Below are positions 1 to 13,061 of a stretch of 64,000 nucleotides of DNA, piece after piece (within the stretch, counting starts at the first letter, position 1; the number at the start of each line of letters is the position of its first letter). Under the pieces are notes generated by a model. It saw only the letters and a program-made list of their open reading frames with translations, was not told the origin of the DNA and searched no databases. A program made the position numbers and the translations under genes. The stretch comes from Epithemia pelagica (taxonomy: Eukaryota; Protista; Bacillariophyta), in the NCBI GenBank assembly GCA_946965045.2, contig OX337234.1, positions 3,596,001 to 3,660,000 on the forward strand, read 5' to 3'.

Positions 1-61
1 CAACAACAACAACAACAACACGAGATCCAAGGAGGACTGGAAAGCTGTTCCGGCGGCGCAA

Positions 62-2653
62 ATGTCGCAAGCCGCCTCGGAATCCTCCTCCTCTTCTTCT
101 TCTTCTTTTGGTTCTCGTGTCACCAACTTGCAAGCCTGTACCAAACAGGCGCGACCACCCATGATTGTCTCCGACTCGGGGGCCAACACCAACACGAATA
201 AAAGTTTGACGTGGATTGCCACGCAGGCCACGGTCCATGGCATGACTCCCGTCCAACTCGTGCCGTTCGTGGTCCATCCGTGGCATCGTCCCCAGTACGA
301 ATCCACGTGTACCAGCGCCGCCCCTTTGCACGAGTACGACACCAACACTTCCACAACGACAACAACGGCCTTACAGATTTATCACTATGCCTCGCATTGG
401 TTGTTTCCACGATCCGTCGCCTGTTTTGTGCATTGGACGACAACCAATAACAGCAGCAGTCTGGACGAATTCCAATTCCAATTACATCCAAACGATGATA
501 CGGTAGACAATTCTTCTTCCTGCAACCGCCAATCCATTTTGATTGTGGCCGCCTCCTGTCCACAAGCCAGTCACGCCTGGCAACAACAGCAACAACAACA
601 ACAAACACAAGAACAACAATCACAACCGCAAGGTAATACCTCTGCATCATCATCACCCGCAACGCCCTCCAAGGAAGCGCACTTGCACGTGTCCATGACC
701 TGGTTGCAATGGATGGCATCGTCGTCGTCGGGGGAACCCACGACTCGATGGTCGCGATTGGTCGTATTGGATCCCCAGGTTCCCAAATGGGCCACGGGCA
801 TGGCCCAAACAACCTTGATTCCCTTGCAATGTCAAGTGCCGTACCGGTTGGTCCATCATGCGGCTACTGTCCTACAACAACACGAACACGAACCAGAATC
901 CGGACCAGACAACAACAACGGGGAGGAAAAATGCACTCGTACGGCCATTGCCCAAGCCTTGGAACGTGACCGGCGTCGTGCACATGGAGGAACGGCCGAG
1001 GGTACCTCCAACACCACGACCATAACAACAACAACATCAACAACAACAACGCCGACGGACCAAAGGGAAAGTGAGACTCATCAGACGACGACGACAAGTG
1101 TCAACAATGACATCGAAGAAACCGACCAACAGCAGGAATCGCAATCCGACAACAAGGTACCCCAATCTACGAATACTACTACCCCACGACAAGACTTGAT
1201 TCAACCGCCGTCCATTGTGTGGCAAGCCACCTGCCTCTTGTTTCCCAGTGTCTTGTACTATGTCACGATTTACATGACAACAATGTCCCTCCCCATTCCC
1301 TGGCTTTTCCTGGCATTTCGGGACAGTCTGCACACGGTTTTGCAGTTGCCCCCGCAGTGGTCCTTGTGGTTGTTTGTTGTCAGTGTCTGGTACAGTTGGC
1401 GCTTGTGGGTCTTGGCACATTATCAGGTTCTGGTTGCTACTGGGAATGACCAACCATCCTCGTGTCACAATGACGACGACGAGGACTTGGTAGCAAGCAT
1501 GTCGTGTCAGTTCATGGTGCAGGTCAAGGGTAGTTTGCGATATATTAGCAATCAAAAAGAAGAACAGGCATTGGCCGGACATGCCGCCGCCGCTCGCACA
1601 GGGAATGCTGCGGCGGTCGATTCTCCCACCGCCTCGGTTTCCATGGTCCACATTGTCGCGTCCGCCGTGGCACGTGTGTGGTCCAAACACTTGAAGCAAC
1701 AACAATTGAAGGTGAATGGAAGACAATGTCGCACATTGCGGGTGCCTTGGTTGGCCCTGGATCATACCGTGGTGGATTCTCCTACGAGCAACGACGCGGA
1801 CGAACCAGTCACGGTGGCAATCTTGTTTCCTCCCACCAAAATCACTGTGCCTTCATCTACCAATAGTACCGCCAAGGAAAGTCACAACCACCAAGACGAC
1901 AATACAAAACAACCGTCCTTCTTTATCCAACCCAGTCGACGAGTGGTGGTGCGGAATGCCAATCGTTGTTCGGTCCAAGACATTGCCAATGCTTGTGCCC
2001 ATTCCTCCAACGACGTGGATCGAACAGCAGCGGTCGATTGTGCCGTGGTGTTGGCCGTTGATCCTGTCGCTTCGTCGTATTCCGCCCCATCCCCCTCCTC
2101 TTCCTCGTTCTCCTTGGCTTCAACGACTGATGCTGCGGGCGTTTGGACGGCCATTCCCTCCACCACCAAGGATACGTGCCGATGGTCGGCCGTACCGGGT
2201 GGATCGGCCCAGGTAGTCGTTGTCATTGGAGATGTCACGCTGGCTGAATCGGCTTCGTCCGGAACGACAGCCGTAGCAACAACCGCACAAGGAGGAGATG
2301 CCACCCTTGGTACAGCAACTACAACCGCATCATCCCGAACTAATCGAATCAATGGCAATTCCAACCACAACAAGAATGCAACGCCGAATAACAACAATCG
2401 AACTAACACGCTCTCCACCCCCTCCGCTTCGTTGGGGGGATTCATGGGTCGTCGGCAACGATCACCCGTTTCCACATCGTCAGCGTCGACATCATCATCC
2501 TCTCCCTCTGCTTCCCGACTGCCGCGACCCATGGTGTCCCTGTCCGTGACAGTCCATGGTTCCAAGACGGAACGAACGAGTGCGACGGCAGCTTGGAACA
2601 TTGTCCCCGAACTTCAAACCTTGCTGCAATTTCCCGAACTCTGCGATCCGTAA
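62..2653 (+). CDS. Low-complexity membrane protein with a C-terminal degenerate 2-oxoacid dehydrogenase acyltransferase (E2) catalytic-like domain
   Basis: 863-aa ORF with a hydrophobic segment near aa 395-455. Segments VSMVHIVASAVARVW..LKVNGR, VVVRNANRCSVQDIA and VSLSVTVH...ELQTLLQFPELC follow the order of the E2 catalytic domain, but there is no DHRxxDG motif. Confidence 0.45.
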   Translation: MSQAASESSSSSSSSFGSRVTNLQACTKQARPPMIVSDSGANTNTNKSLTWIATQATVHGMTPVQLVPFVVHPWHRPQYESTCTSAAPLHEYDTNTSTTTTTALQIYHYASHWLFPRSVACFVHWTTTNNSSSLDEFQFQLHPNDDTVDNSSSCNRQSILIVAASCPQASHAWQQQQQQQQTQEQQSQPQGNTSASSSPATPSKEAHLHVSMTWLQWMASSSSGEPTTRWSRLVVLDPQVPKWATGMAQTTLIPLQCQVPYRLVHHAATVLQQHEHEPESGPDNNNGEEKCTRTAIAQALERDRRRAHGGTAEGTSNTTTITTTTSTTTTPTDQRESETHQTTTTSVNNDIEETDQQQESQSDNKVPQSTNTTTPRQDLIQPPSIVWQATCLLFPSVLYYVTIYMTTMSLPIPWLFLAFRDSLHTVLQLPPQWSLWLFVVSVWYSWRLWVLAHYQVLVATGNDQPSSCHNDDDEDLVASMSCQFMVQVKGSLRYISNQKEEQALAGHAAAARTGNAAAVDSPTASVSMVHIVASAVARVWSKHLKQQQLKVNGRQCRTLRVPWLALDHTVVDSPTSNDADEPVTVAILFPPTKITVPSSTNSTAKESHNHQDDNTKQPSFFIQPSRRVVVRNANRCSVQDIANACAHSSNDVDRTAAVDCAVVLAVDPVASSYSAPSPSSSSFSLASTTDAAGVWTAIPSTTKDTCRWSAVPGGSAQVVVVIGDVTLAESASSGTTAVATTAQGGDATLGTATTTASSRTNRINGNSNHNKNATPNNNNRTNTLSTPSASLGGFMGRRQRSPVSTSSASTSSSSPSASRLPRPMVSLSVTVHGSKTERTSATAAWNIVPELQTLLQFPELCDP

Positions 2654-2761
2654 TACATTTGTGAGTTGGTGTTGGGACACCGAGTTTGTTTGTTACCGGA
2701 CGGACGGCTTCCTCTAATACCCATTGGAGCCAGACTTTGAGATCTAGAGTAGAGCGTTTGG

Positions 2762-4504
2762 CTATTGAAATGTAAACGTTCCCGAGGGACTCCCACGGTA
2801 TTCCCAATCCAGCACTTGGTCTTCCAGACAGGTAGCCAAACAAAGCAAAACTACTGCATTCTTTTTGGCTGAACGAGTCCGCAATTGAACTCGTGTCGAT
2901 GATGATGATGATGATGATGATGATACATGTGTATCCGTTTTATCTCTGGATGCCTCGCTCCGACAAGGGTCCTTGTTGTGATGCCGGATGGTACAACGAC
3001 TGGCAAGGGGTTGACTGTTTCCAGGTGAACACGTTGCAATGTCCATGGTTGCCACAGCCTGACCGGTGTAACAGTCCAAGACCAAAAAGTGATGGTTGCG
3101 CGTAGTATTCGGAGGTGATTGCGAATGTGTGGGACGATCCTCTAGGATGGCTGTGTACATGGGTCGAAATTTGGTTTGTTGCGCATGATGATGACAACGA
3201 GTCAAGATGTGGAGTGTGTAACTGCAAGAGGATGCTCTTGCTCTGCGATTGTGAACGCGGTGGTAGTCGGCTCTTCGGAAGGGCTGCAATACGTGTGCTA
3301 CTTTGCGAATTTGAAACCAGGGATAGCACTCGTGGGAGAGGGAATCTCCCGTTTCAGAAACTACGCCGTTTGGACCGTCGGTTTGGTTGTTGGGAGTGCG
3401 TGGTGGTCGCCGGTTCCTACTACTAGGTGATACGGACCGTGGGAAGCAACAAGACGACGACGATTGGTCGTTGTCGCATGGTTCGTTGCAATTTGAATTT
3501 TGGATCTTGTTCTTTTTCCTTTTGTGGTGGTTGTGGAAACCTGTACGATGCTTTACAGGATGGACTGTTTGGGTGAGGTTGCCCGTTTCCCGATTCCAAA
3601 GCCAGGGTGTCGAATACTCATGCGTTCCGGAAAGGAGGGGACGCATTCCGTAAATGGTATACAGCAAGGATGACGACCCTGTGGAGGACGATTCGGGCTT
3701 GTCGTGCGGGGAATGATAATGATGCCACCACAAGTGAGGTCGATGAGTGTGAGGATGCTGGCGGCTTGGTGTCGATCTGGTGGGGCCGGATTTGGTTTCG
3801 TGTGCAATGAGCGCCACAGGTTTAGGATAACCAGCTGGTCGTTGTTGGCCCGCATCCATCAATACACAATGGCAGGGCTTGCAAAGGACCGTGTCGTTTG
3901 CTTCGAATTTCACATGGCCGGCGCTGGATCGATGGGGATGATGCGGACGTGACAACCACGTCTTTTCTCTCTTGTTGTGTTCCGCCGCAGGAGGACTTTT
4001 TTCAAAATACGCCCCGCCGGCAAATGGTTTACGAATAGTAGATACCATGGTGTGTTGGTTGGGTTTGGCGGATTGCCCATCCGTATCGAATCGTGGCGGA
4101 GCATACTGCTGGGGATGTTGCCTTGATTGAGGCGTGACTTGTGTGAGTTGAATCGTCTCAGAACATGGCATGGTCGTCGGTGACGACGATGACAACAAAA
4201 CTGTCTTGTGGGATGGTGTTTGTGGCTGATGGTCCGAATGAACGTCAGTCATGGTTTTGGTGCTGCACGTCACGGTCCGTTTTCTTCGCCTCCGACTTTG
4301 CTTGGCGAAACGGTTCTGGCCGTCAGAATGATTTGGACCGGGTGACGCGAAACGGACCTGCCAATCATGTTGCATGTGGATTTCGCGATACGAGTGCTGG
4401 TGCACGCCGTGGTTCTTTGGCTTCGACACCGAGGTGGGAGTCGAAGGAATCGTCTGGACTATCGATGATACAGTCACGATCTTTGAGGAGGAGGATGAGT
4501 TCAT
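2762..4504 (-). CDS. Hypothetical protein, paralog of 46189-47814 (possible tubby-C/LURP-one-like fold)
   Basis: Long ORF with likely ATG at 4504 (MNSSSS). It shares ordered blocks with the 46189 ORF: TIYGxRPLLxGxHxYSTP, YPWFxIxK, HxLTR, FxPMY, DxYxGxxVA, VLLLC. Confidence 0.7.
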   Translation of the reverse strand: MNSSSSSKIVTVSSIVQTIPSTPTSVSKPKNHGVHQHSYREIHMQHDWQVRFASPGPNHSDGQNRFAKQSRRRRKRTVTCSTKTMTDVHSDHQPQTPSHKTVLLSSSSPTTMPCSETIQLTQVTPQSRQHPQQYAPPRFDTDGQSAKPNQHTMVSTIRKPFAGGAYFEKSPPAAEHNKREKTWLSRPHHPHRSSAGHVKFEANDTVLCKPCHCVLMDAGQQRPAGYPKPVALIAHETKSGPTRSTPSRQHPHTHRPHLWWHHYHSPHDKPESSSTGSSSLLYTIYGMRPLLSGTHEYSTPWLWNRETGNLTQTVHPVKHRTGFHNHHKRKKNKIQNSNCNEPCDNDQSSSSCCFPRSVSPSSRNRRPPRTPNNQTDGPNGVVSETGDSLSHECYPWFQIRKVAHVLQPFRRADYHRVHNRRARASSCSYTLHILTRCHHHAQQTKFRPMYTAILEDRPTHSQSPPNTTRNHHFLVLDCYTGQAVATMDIATCSPGNSQPLASRCTIRHHNKDPCRSEASRDKTDTHVSSSSSSSSSTRVQLRTRSAKKNAVVLLCLATCLEDQVLDWEYRGSPSGTFTFQ

Positions 4505-5060
4505 TGGATATAGATCCAGGAGAGACTCTAGAGCAGGATAGGAATGAATTGAACTTGATGGTTGCTTTTTCAACACAAGTATTTTGATTTCAGGAGATTG
4601 TGAGAACGCACGAATGCCGACGAGAGAGTAATCGGCAACCCAAGACATGAACACGAGCGACTAAAAACGTTACCGACTGCATGTAGCGCGACTAACCAAT
4701 CAATCGTGCAACTGGCGTTTTCTGGTTTGATTCAAGCGGGAATGACCTACATGGACTACATGTTGATTTACCATAGTTGTCTTCATCCTTCTTTGGAGCA
4801 AGTCTTCTCTGACGGTATTAGACCACGCCTCATATGAACAACAAAAGTAACTCTAGCAATTTATACTGATAATCAATGGCTATAGGAATGCCCTAAAATC
4901 ATTGTGGATAGCAGTAATCAAAAGGCTGGTCATGGATCGGAACGATTGACCCGAATCTGTGTGGCGGCTCACTCCGAGATCTCCCTCTCTCTCATTGTGG
5001 GTTACTCCATGGTCTTTCTCTATAGATTCTTTTATTGTTTCCCCGGTTTTTCTCTCTGTC

Positions 5061-5552
5061 TTATTGCGACGAGAGCAATCCTCGAGCACTGTGGCTGCGA
5101 TACAGTGTCTTGCGGAGACTGGTTCGAGAAGTCCCTCCTGCCATGCTCGTAAATCGGCGTTTCGAGGAGGTACGCGTCAATGCGTGAAAGTTGTTGGACC
5201 CGTAAAGAGGATTTTGGTTCTTGGTGGAGTGAATAACAACAGCATGCCTTTGTGTTTGCTTGTGGCTGTCACGTCGATTGTGGCCATAATTGGACTGGTT
5301 CAACAGCGTGGTAGAAGTAGCCGCAGTTGCTGTTGTTCCACGATGATGGAGGGACGACCCAATGAGGCGATGACCATGTTTGGTCGAGTCGGAATGAGAT
5401 CGTGTCAATCTTGGTCGACGGTGCGACTGACTCGTCAAACCCGGTCGTGGTGATGGCCCAGTTTCGTTCCTGACGCTGTCCGGTGATGGAACCGTTCGTA
5501 CCCGTTCGTGGCGTTCTTCTGGACAATATAATGATTGCTTCTTGAAGGGCAT
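5061..5552 (-). CDS. Possible small basic Ser/Arg-rich hypothetical protein
   Basis: ORF from MPFKKQSLY, 163 aa; no recognisable domain. Confidence 0.25.
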   Translation of the reverse strand: MPFKKQSLYCPEERHERVRTVPSPDSVRNETGPSPRPGLTSQSHRRPRLTRSHSDSTKHGHRLIGSSLHHRGTTATAATSTTLLNQSNYGHNRRDSHKQTQRHAVVIHSTKNQNPLYGSNNFHALTRTSSKRRFTSMAGGTSRTSLRKTLYRSHSARGLLSSQ

Positions 5553-6277
5553 GGTGCAAAGACTATGGAGGAGATGTACTTGAAATCTCTCTTGGTGTCG
5601 TCTCTGTCGAATTGTGTGATGGGTCGTTGTGTGGACGGCTCTCTGCTTTTGCTGGTTGATGTGATGATTTCTTTTTTTTGTGCGTGTGTTTGTCCACCAG
5701 GAGAGACACACACTGGGAAACTGGAGATCGATGGTTCGATCTGTTCTATTCCATCTTGCAGACACTCGGTTTTTTGTTGTTTGGTTGTGTGCAATAATAG
5801 ATCGTAAATCGTCATGTTGTGAGACTGCATAGACAACATTAGACATGCGGCCCCCCATGCGGGCGAACCAGCCCTACCACCAGTGTGTCCAAAAAGGGCA
5901 ATTCTTTTGCATTGCCAAACCTGGTGAAAGAGGATCTTGAAACGGGCCCAACTAAAACTAATGGAGCAGGGCAATTTCTTATGATACACAGTGAACAGTG
6001 ACTGAGATTCTATTTCTCTTAAAAAAATAAACGGGGCGCGGGACTGGCATTAAGTTTTCGGGACCGGGCAGGACCCAGCTATCCAAACTATCTTTGATAT
6101 AGGCTGATAAGATCGTCTGTTTCGACCCTACTTCCGATATCTCCGACGACGGCTATGTTCGGATCTATTCGACTCGATTTGTGAAAGACAATAACAGGAG
6201 CATGGGTCTAAGTGCCGTGTCGGACGGGAAATCGTAGAACTGTTCCGAGTACTTACGATATCCTGTAAGTATACTAC

Positions 6278-8063
6278 CTACTCTACTTTGTCTTCTTCCT
6301 CAGTGTCCTCGTCATCATCGTCATTTCCTCCTCGATAATACGAATCGCCCGAACGGCGTGGCCGATTGGGATGCGTGAGATCCAAAATCCGGTGGGCGGC
6401 CGCTTGTCCCGACCGAATGGCACCATGGACCCATCCATGGTCGTTTTCGTGCACCGGATAGGCTTCTCCTGCCAAAAATACCTTGTTGTTGGCAAGACTG
6501 TGTGGTCCTTCCAATCCCTGACTGGAATACGTGCCGCGAATGTAGGGATGGGCCGTCCAATTCAGGAGAAAATGACTGCGATAATACTGCGTCACGGGGA
6601 GTTGGAATTTGCGTTCCATGCGTTGCAATACCCATTGGATCACTTCCAATTCCGTCGAACCCCAAAGAGGCTGTTGTTGCACTTGTGGTGTCCATCGTAT
6701 ATTCCTCTTCCTTGCTGTTGTTTGGTTCTTCGTGTTCCCATGTTTGGACACGGCTTGCGTCAGTCGTTGATAGGGTTCCCCCAAAATCAAGCCCGCCAAG
6801 GCAAAGCGATTCTTATTCTCGACGGGATAGTCCCAAAAGTAACTTTCTCCCTCGTCCGTTTCGGCGGGACACGTAATCAAACAAAATCGATGACCGCGAC
6901 GAAACCAGGGGTGCGAAAAGGACACAAAGAGTTTGATTCCCTGCCACATGTGCCCCGGATGGTCGTGGACCAAGGCCCGGGGGAGGGGTGGATCAAAGCG
7001 AATGTCGCCCTGTTGCAAAATGGACAAGGCAACGGTACAAATGACGTGACGTGCCACAAAGCGTCGACCACCTGTGGTCCCATCACACGTGGCATGGACC
7101 AAACTTTGTCGATAGTCGACTTGCGAAATGGGACAATTCAATACCAATTCGGGTCGTTGCCTGGGTGGTGATTCCCTCGAGTTATTGCTCGTGGCCGATT
7201 CCTCGAGTATGGGACCCAAACATTCGACGTAGGTGGAATTGGCAAAGGAGACTTCTCCCTCATAGGCATGTTGAAAGAGCAGTGGCATCTCGTCGTAATA
7301 CTTACGATTGCTTTGTCGGAATGCCTCTTGGCTTTCATACACCATCTCTTGCACCAGTTCGGGCTGGCCCACCAAGGTGGCGCCCAGTTCAATTTTAGTT
7401 CCCTCCCACACATGTTTGCGCATGCGACCACCAATGCGATCCGATGCTTCCACCATGACAATCTTTGGCATTCCATTGAGTTTGGCCGCACCGGCACCAA
7501 GAATGAGCACATCCCAGACAGGTTCGTCGTCCTTGTTGTTGTTGTCGTTGTTGTGTTGTTTCACGTCCTTCTGGTGGTGCAACGAGCTTGTCGTTTCTTT
7601 TGGGGGAGACACGGAGGACTGCGCCACCCCACGATGACGACGAGTAACAGAGGAATTGGTCGATCGAATCAGACGAGCATGGGACACGGAGGAATGGGGA
7701 TTGGACTGTCTGGAATGGGTAGTACTTGTCTGCGGCAGCAACAACAAACTGGATGAAGCAACCAGCGATTCGGTGGATTCCGATTGAAACTGGTTCCATA
7801 CGACACCCATGCTCACACATACCAAAACGAGTAGGATGAGAAACAGGACATTGGTTGTTGTTGTCCCACCATGCGGTTGGGTTCGTGTTGGTCGTCGTGG
7901 CAAACACCACCACCAACCGTGCCTCATTGGGTGTGGTCGTTTGGCATGCTTGTTGTAGATCGAATCTTCTTGGAGATTGTTCGCCCCATCGTTGGAGGGC
8001 AAGGAAGCAGTCTTGACGTTGACATCGTTCTTGGGGGAATTGGATCGACTGTGACAGCCACAG

Positions 8064-8096
<33 letters not shown>

Positions 8097-8113
8097 AACG
8101 AGTTCATTGTCAT
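6278..8113 (-). CDS. Flavin-containing amine oxidase (polyamine oxidase-like), N-terminal membrane anchor, internally shortened
   Basis: Motifs DVLILGAGAA, EASDRIGGR, ELGA, WTAHPYIRGTYS, FLAGEA and GWVHGAIRSGQAAA. TM helix VLFLILLVLVCVSMGVVW. Confidence 0.85.
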
Positions 8114-8895
8114 GGGATTGAATTGTTCGCCTCAATTCTCGTGTGTGGTTTCAATAGATTGCAACAACCAACAAAACCTCTCTGTTTCCCCTTGACCTTT
8201 CCCTTGACCTTTTCTAGTTTGAACCGTGTGAGTAGGATCCTGAGGAGAGCAATACCATCCAAGAGAAGAGAAGAAGATGATGATTCACTTCCGTTGCCAC
8301 ACGTTTTCTAATCACCTTGAAATATTGGAGAGAATCTTACAAGATCCCATCAAACGGAGTCGTCTAAAGTGGACATGAGATGATGATGGTGATGTAGAGT
8401 AGTTGGTTTCCCACTTTAGTGTCCTTTTGTCTTGGATGATACCTGCATAGGTAGAAATTCTCTAGACATGGGATTGAGGAACCGACAGTAAGACAAAGAA
8501 GAGACAGCAAACAGGGCTTCTTCATCGTCATCAGAGAGACAACGAGGTGAGAAATTGAGAAAGAAAGCGAAAAATGAGGACACAATTCACGTGCGTGGTG
8601 CTCCATAGTGCGACACGCGACTAAACCTGATCGAACAGCGACTGACTAGGGAATGGAAGATGGCAGACGATACGTGACCGCACTATGGTATAGAGTACGA
8701 CTAAGTATTTCATGCGGCTTTACATACACACCGCAACGCAACCACCACAATGGTTCCCCCCATCATCTGTTCATAATTGCGACTCCACGTTGTTGTTGTT
8801 CTTTCCGCTGGACCACGCTCGTCAAATGGATTGTGTGGCGCGGCCTTCTTCTTCTTCCCTCTCTCCAGCAAATAGACATTCTCGTCGTTGGATGG

Positions 8896-9861
<966 letters not shown>

Positions 9862-10365
9862 GTTTTGTTCCAATCAATTCAATGCAATGCAGCAGCAGAT
9901 GGGAACGTGTGTATTTCTCGATAGTGGATTGTTGACTGGCTGGAACAATCCACGGGACGACAACAAATATGATGGCTGTCGCTTCTCGAAAAAAAGAGGG
10001 GGATTCTTGTTGTGATTGATATATAATCAAAGCTCGTTGCCAGGTGCAAAAGTAGTCTATCCAAGATGATAGATCCACGACAATGCTTGCCTCTCTCTTG
10101 TCTTCCTTGGTCTTCGACACAATGGACTTGAACCTGCGACCAGTGACGAGCCAGCTCGATGGAGCGGCTGGCGTATCCGGTCGCGGATTTTGAAGAGTCA
10201 GAATGACGTCAGTCCATGGAGTATCTTTTCTCGTTTGGGGTGGTGTCACGCGCGCTCCATGTCCCACCGCCATCCACGGGAAAGATACGCTTCGACCGTT
10301 CCGGAGGAGCCATCACCATCACACTGGATCCTTTGAATTCGAATCCCAATCCGAATCCATCCACC

Positions 10366-12065
10366 ATGAAGTTTGTTGCCGCTACTCTTGCCGCTGCAAT
10401 TCTTTCCTCCCCCACCGAGGCCTGGTCCTCCTTGTCCATGAAGGCTGGTACGTTATATGATGTTGGTGTTGGCAGTTTGCTACTAGGATGGTGCATCAAT
10501 CATGTAGAAGAATATAGGACTTTTTGTTGGCCCAACGTGACTCTTCAAAAGACGCGTTGTCACTCGTTTTGGCTCACTGCGGACATGGGCATGTGTGTCT
10601 TGTGCTTGTTGTCATGGGAAAATATGATTTTCGTTTTCTGACATTCATTTGTCTTTTATGTCTTTTTTTTTGGAACCACACACTGTGCTTGCTGGACCAT
10701 TTTGGGGCGATTCCTCTCGACCATCTCTTGTGTGTGTGTGTGTGTCATAGAGGGACCCTCGTCGTCGCGTCGTGCCTTTTTTACGCAAGGAGCGGCGGCC
10801 GTGGGTGCTGTCGGTGCGGCCGTGGTAGCCAGTCAAACCCCGGCCCATGCCTACAGCCTTCCCGATCTCCCCTATGCCTTTGAAGCCTTGGAACCGGTAC
10901 GTGCAACGACGACAACGACAAGGTGTTGTGGAGCAAAACGCAAGATTTTGGAGGAGGATAAGTTGATTTGAGTGTAGACTCTAGTATGGTGGATGAGCGG
11001 AGTGTGTTCCTGGGGAGGTGGCACCTGTTGGAGCAATCGGCATTGTGCATTGGAAACTACCTAGATAGACTTCTCGATCTTGTTCTGTTGTTCACACGGC
11101 GGCTTCTAACTTGGTGCTTCTCTTTTGCGTGATATTTTCTTCTTTATGTTGTTGCATGGTTAACTCTTTTCTTGAATCGGAACAGTACATTGATGCTCCC
11201 ACCATGAAGATTCACCACGACAAGCATCATGCCACGTACGTGGCCAACATTAACAAGGCCACCGAAGGCAAGGACGCCGTCGCTGTCTTGGATTTGCAAG
11301 CTTCGGCCATTGAAGCCGGTGCGGCTGTCCGCAACAATGGCGGTGGTCATTACAATCATGCCTTTTTCTGGCAAGAAATGGCTCCGGCCGAGACGGCCAG
11401 CAAAACGGCTCCCTCTCCGCAATTGCAAGCCTTGATTGATTCCAGCTTTGGCAGTTTGGACGAACTCAAGGCGCAATTCGAGGCCCGTGCCGCACCCGGT
11501 GCTCTCTTTGGTTCGGGATGGGTGTGGATTTGCGTCAACCAAGCCGGAGATGCCTTGAAATTGGTCGGAACGCCCAATCAAGACAATCCGCTCATGAAGG
11601 GCGCCGTCCCCGGAGAAGATATCATGTTTCCCATTTTGGGACTCGATGTGTGGGAACATGCCTATTACCTCAAATACCAGAATCGGTACGTTCCACACGT
11701 TTTGTTCGGCGGATGAACCATGGCATGTCTATGTGCCTGGATCGTCTTTTTGGTTTCTCACTCCGTGTCGTTTTCCGGTCTGGATGGCGTGACTGTGATC
11801 GATCCCCCCTTGTTCCAATTGTGTTTCACACAGTCGACCTGAATACGTGAGCAACTGTAAGTACTGAGTTTCCCCGGTTTCATACGGACTGGACTGGTGA
11901 CTGACGTTTGATCTGGTTGCCTAAAATATGTTCTCTCTCTCTCTCTCTGTTTCCTATAATACTATCTCTACCTTTACAGGGTGGAATGTGGTGAATTGGG
12001 AAAAAGTGTCGGAAAATTGCGCCTACGTGGTCGAGAACCATGCCGGTGTGCCCGTCGAAGGATAA
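10366..12065 (+). CDS. sodA: Mn superoxide dismutase with signal peptide, short transit peptide and twin-arginine signal; exons 10366-10447, 10751-10896, 11186-11685, 11834-11856, 11980-12065
   Basis: LPDLPYAFEALEP, HHDKHH, NNGGGHYNH, PNQD and DVWEHAYY motifs; GGG/NQD are Mn-type signatures. All four GT-AG introns are phase-consistent. Confidence 0.93.
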
Positions 12066-12501
12066 AATCCATCACACACACACACGCTCTCCTTGGCACT
12101 CACAAATCTTCACGCTTTAGTAGTAATTACTCGCACCATGCGCGCGGAAGAATCCTCTAACATATAGAATCCCATTCCGTGCTCCGACAGTGACGTCTTA
12201 TGGCAGTGTCGATTCTATGACTTGTTCTTGGGGTCAGTCAAAAGACAACCATGTTTGGCATGCTGTCGGTAACTAGCAATACATCGAGACTAGCTAGGGG
12301 GATACAATTGATCAACAGACAAGCAAACATCGTTGGTAGAGGATTGAAATACTTCGAATGCTACGGTGTAGGTTGTCCATTGCAAACACAACAAATGAAA
12401 CATGATTGTGCCACTGCAGAGACAGGGGGCGAGTCAATCCTTGGTATTTCGTCGCCGCTCTCAGAAGGCTCTGTGGAGAGAGCAACCATGGAATACTGAT
12501 A

Positions 12502-13061
12502 CTACAATTCACCCTCTTCTCGAGTCGTCGTGGAGGAGGCATATTGTTGTCGTTCTCGTTCTCGTTCTCGTCGCGCATGGACGCGGACATCGCGTTCTCG
12601 TTCGCGTTGCAAAATACGATCAATTTCCGTGTCGTCCGGGACTTGTTGCAACATTTCCAATTTGCGAGTATACAATTCCACCTTGCGTTCCAAACTCGTC
12701 TTTTCCTCCGCATCCAAGACTCGCAACGAACTGGCATGTTCCGCCAATCGGGCCTGTGCATCCGACAACATGCTTTCCAATTGCGTGGCCCGACGTTTCC
12801 GATTTTCCATCACTTCTTGACGCTATATAGTAAGAGAACCATAAATGAAAAGAAAAGGAAGAATGCCATCATCCAAGCCGCACGTGATATGTTGAGGCAT
12901 TGAGAGGCCCAACACAACCAACCAAACAGAAAAGACTCCTGGCCACGTACCGCTTTTTCAATTTCCGATGGTGCGGCCCAAACTCCTCCAAGTGGTGATG
13001 CAATGAGGAGAGCCACGAATACGAAGAGGATGTGTTGCAAACTGACCAGTCGACGGTGCAT
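12502..13061 (-). CDS. Small secretory-pathway coiled-coil protein; exons 13061-12951 and 12822-12502; ends EEGEL
   Basis: Signal peptide MHRRLVSLQHILFVFVALLIASPLGGVWA. A phase-0 GTACGT...TATAG intron joins EKA|RQEV, followed by a charged helical region. Confidence 0.65.
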
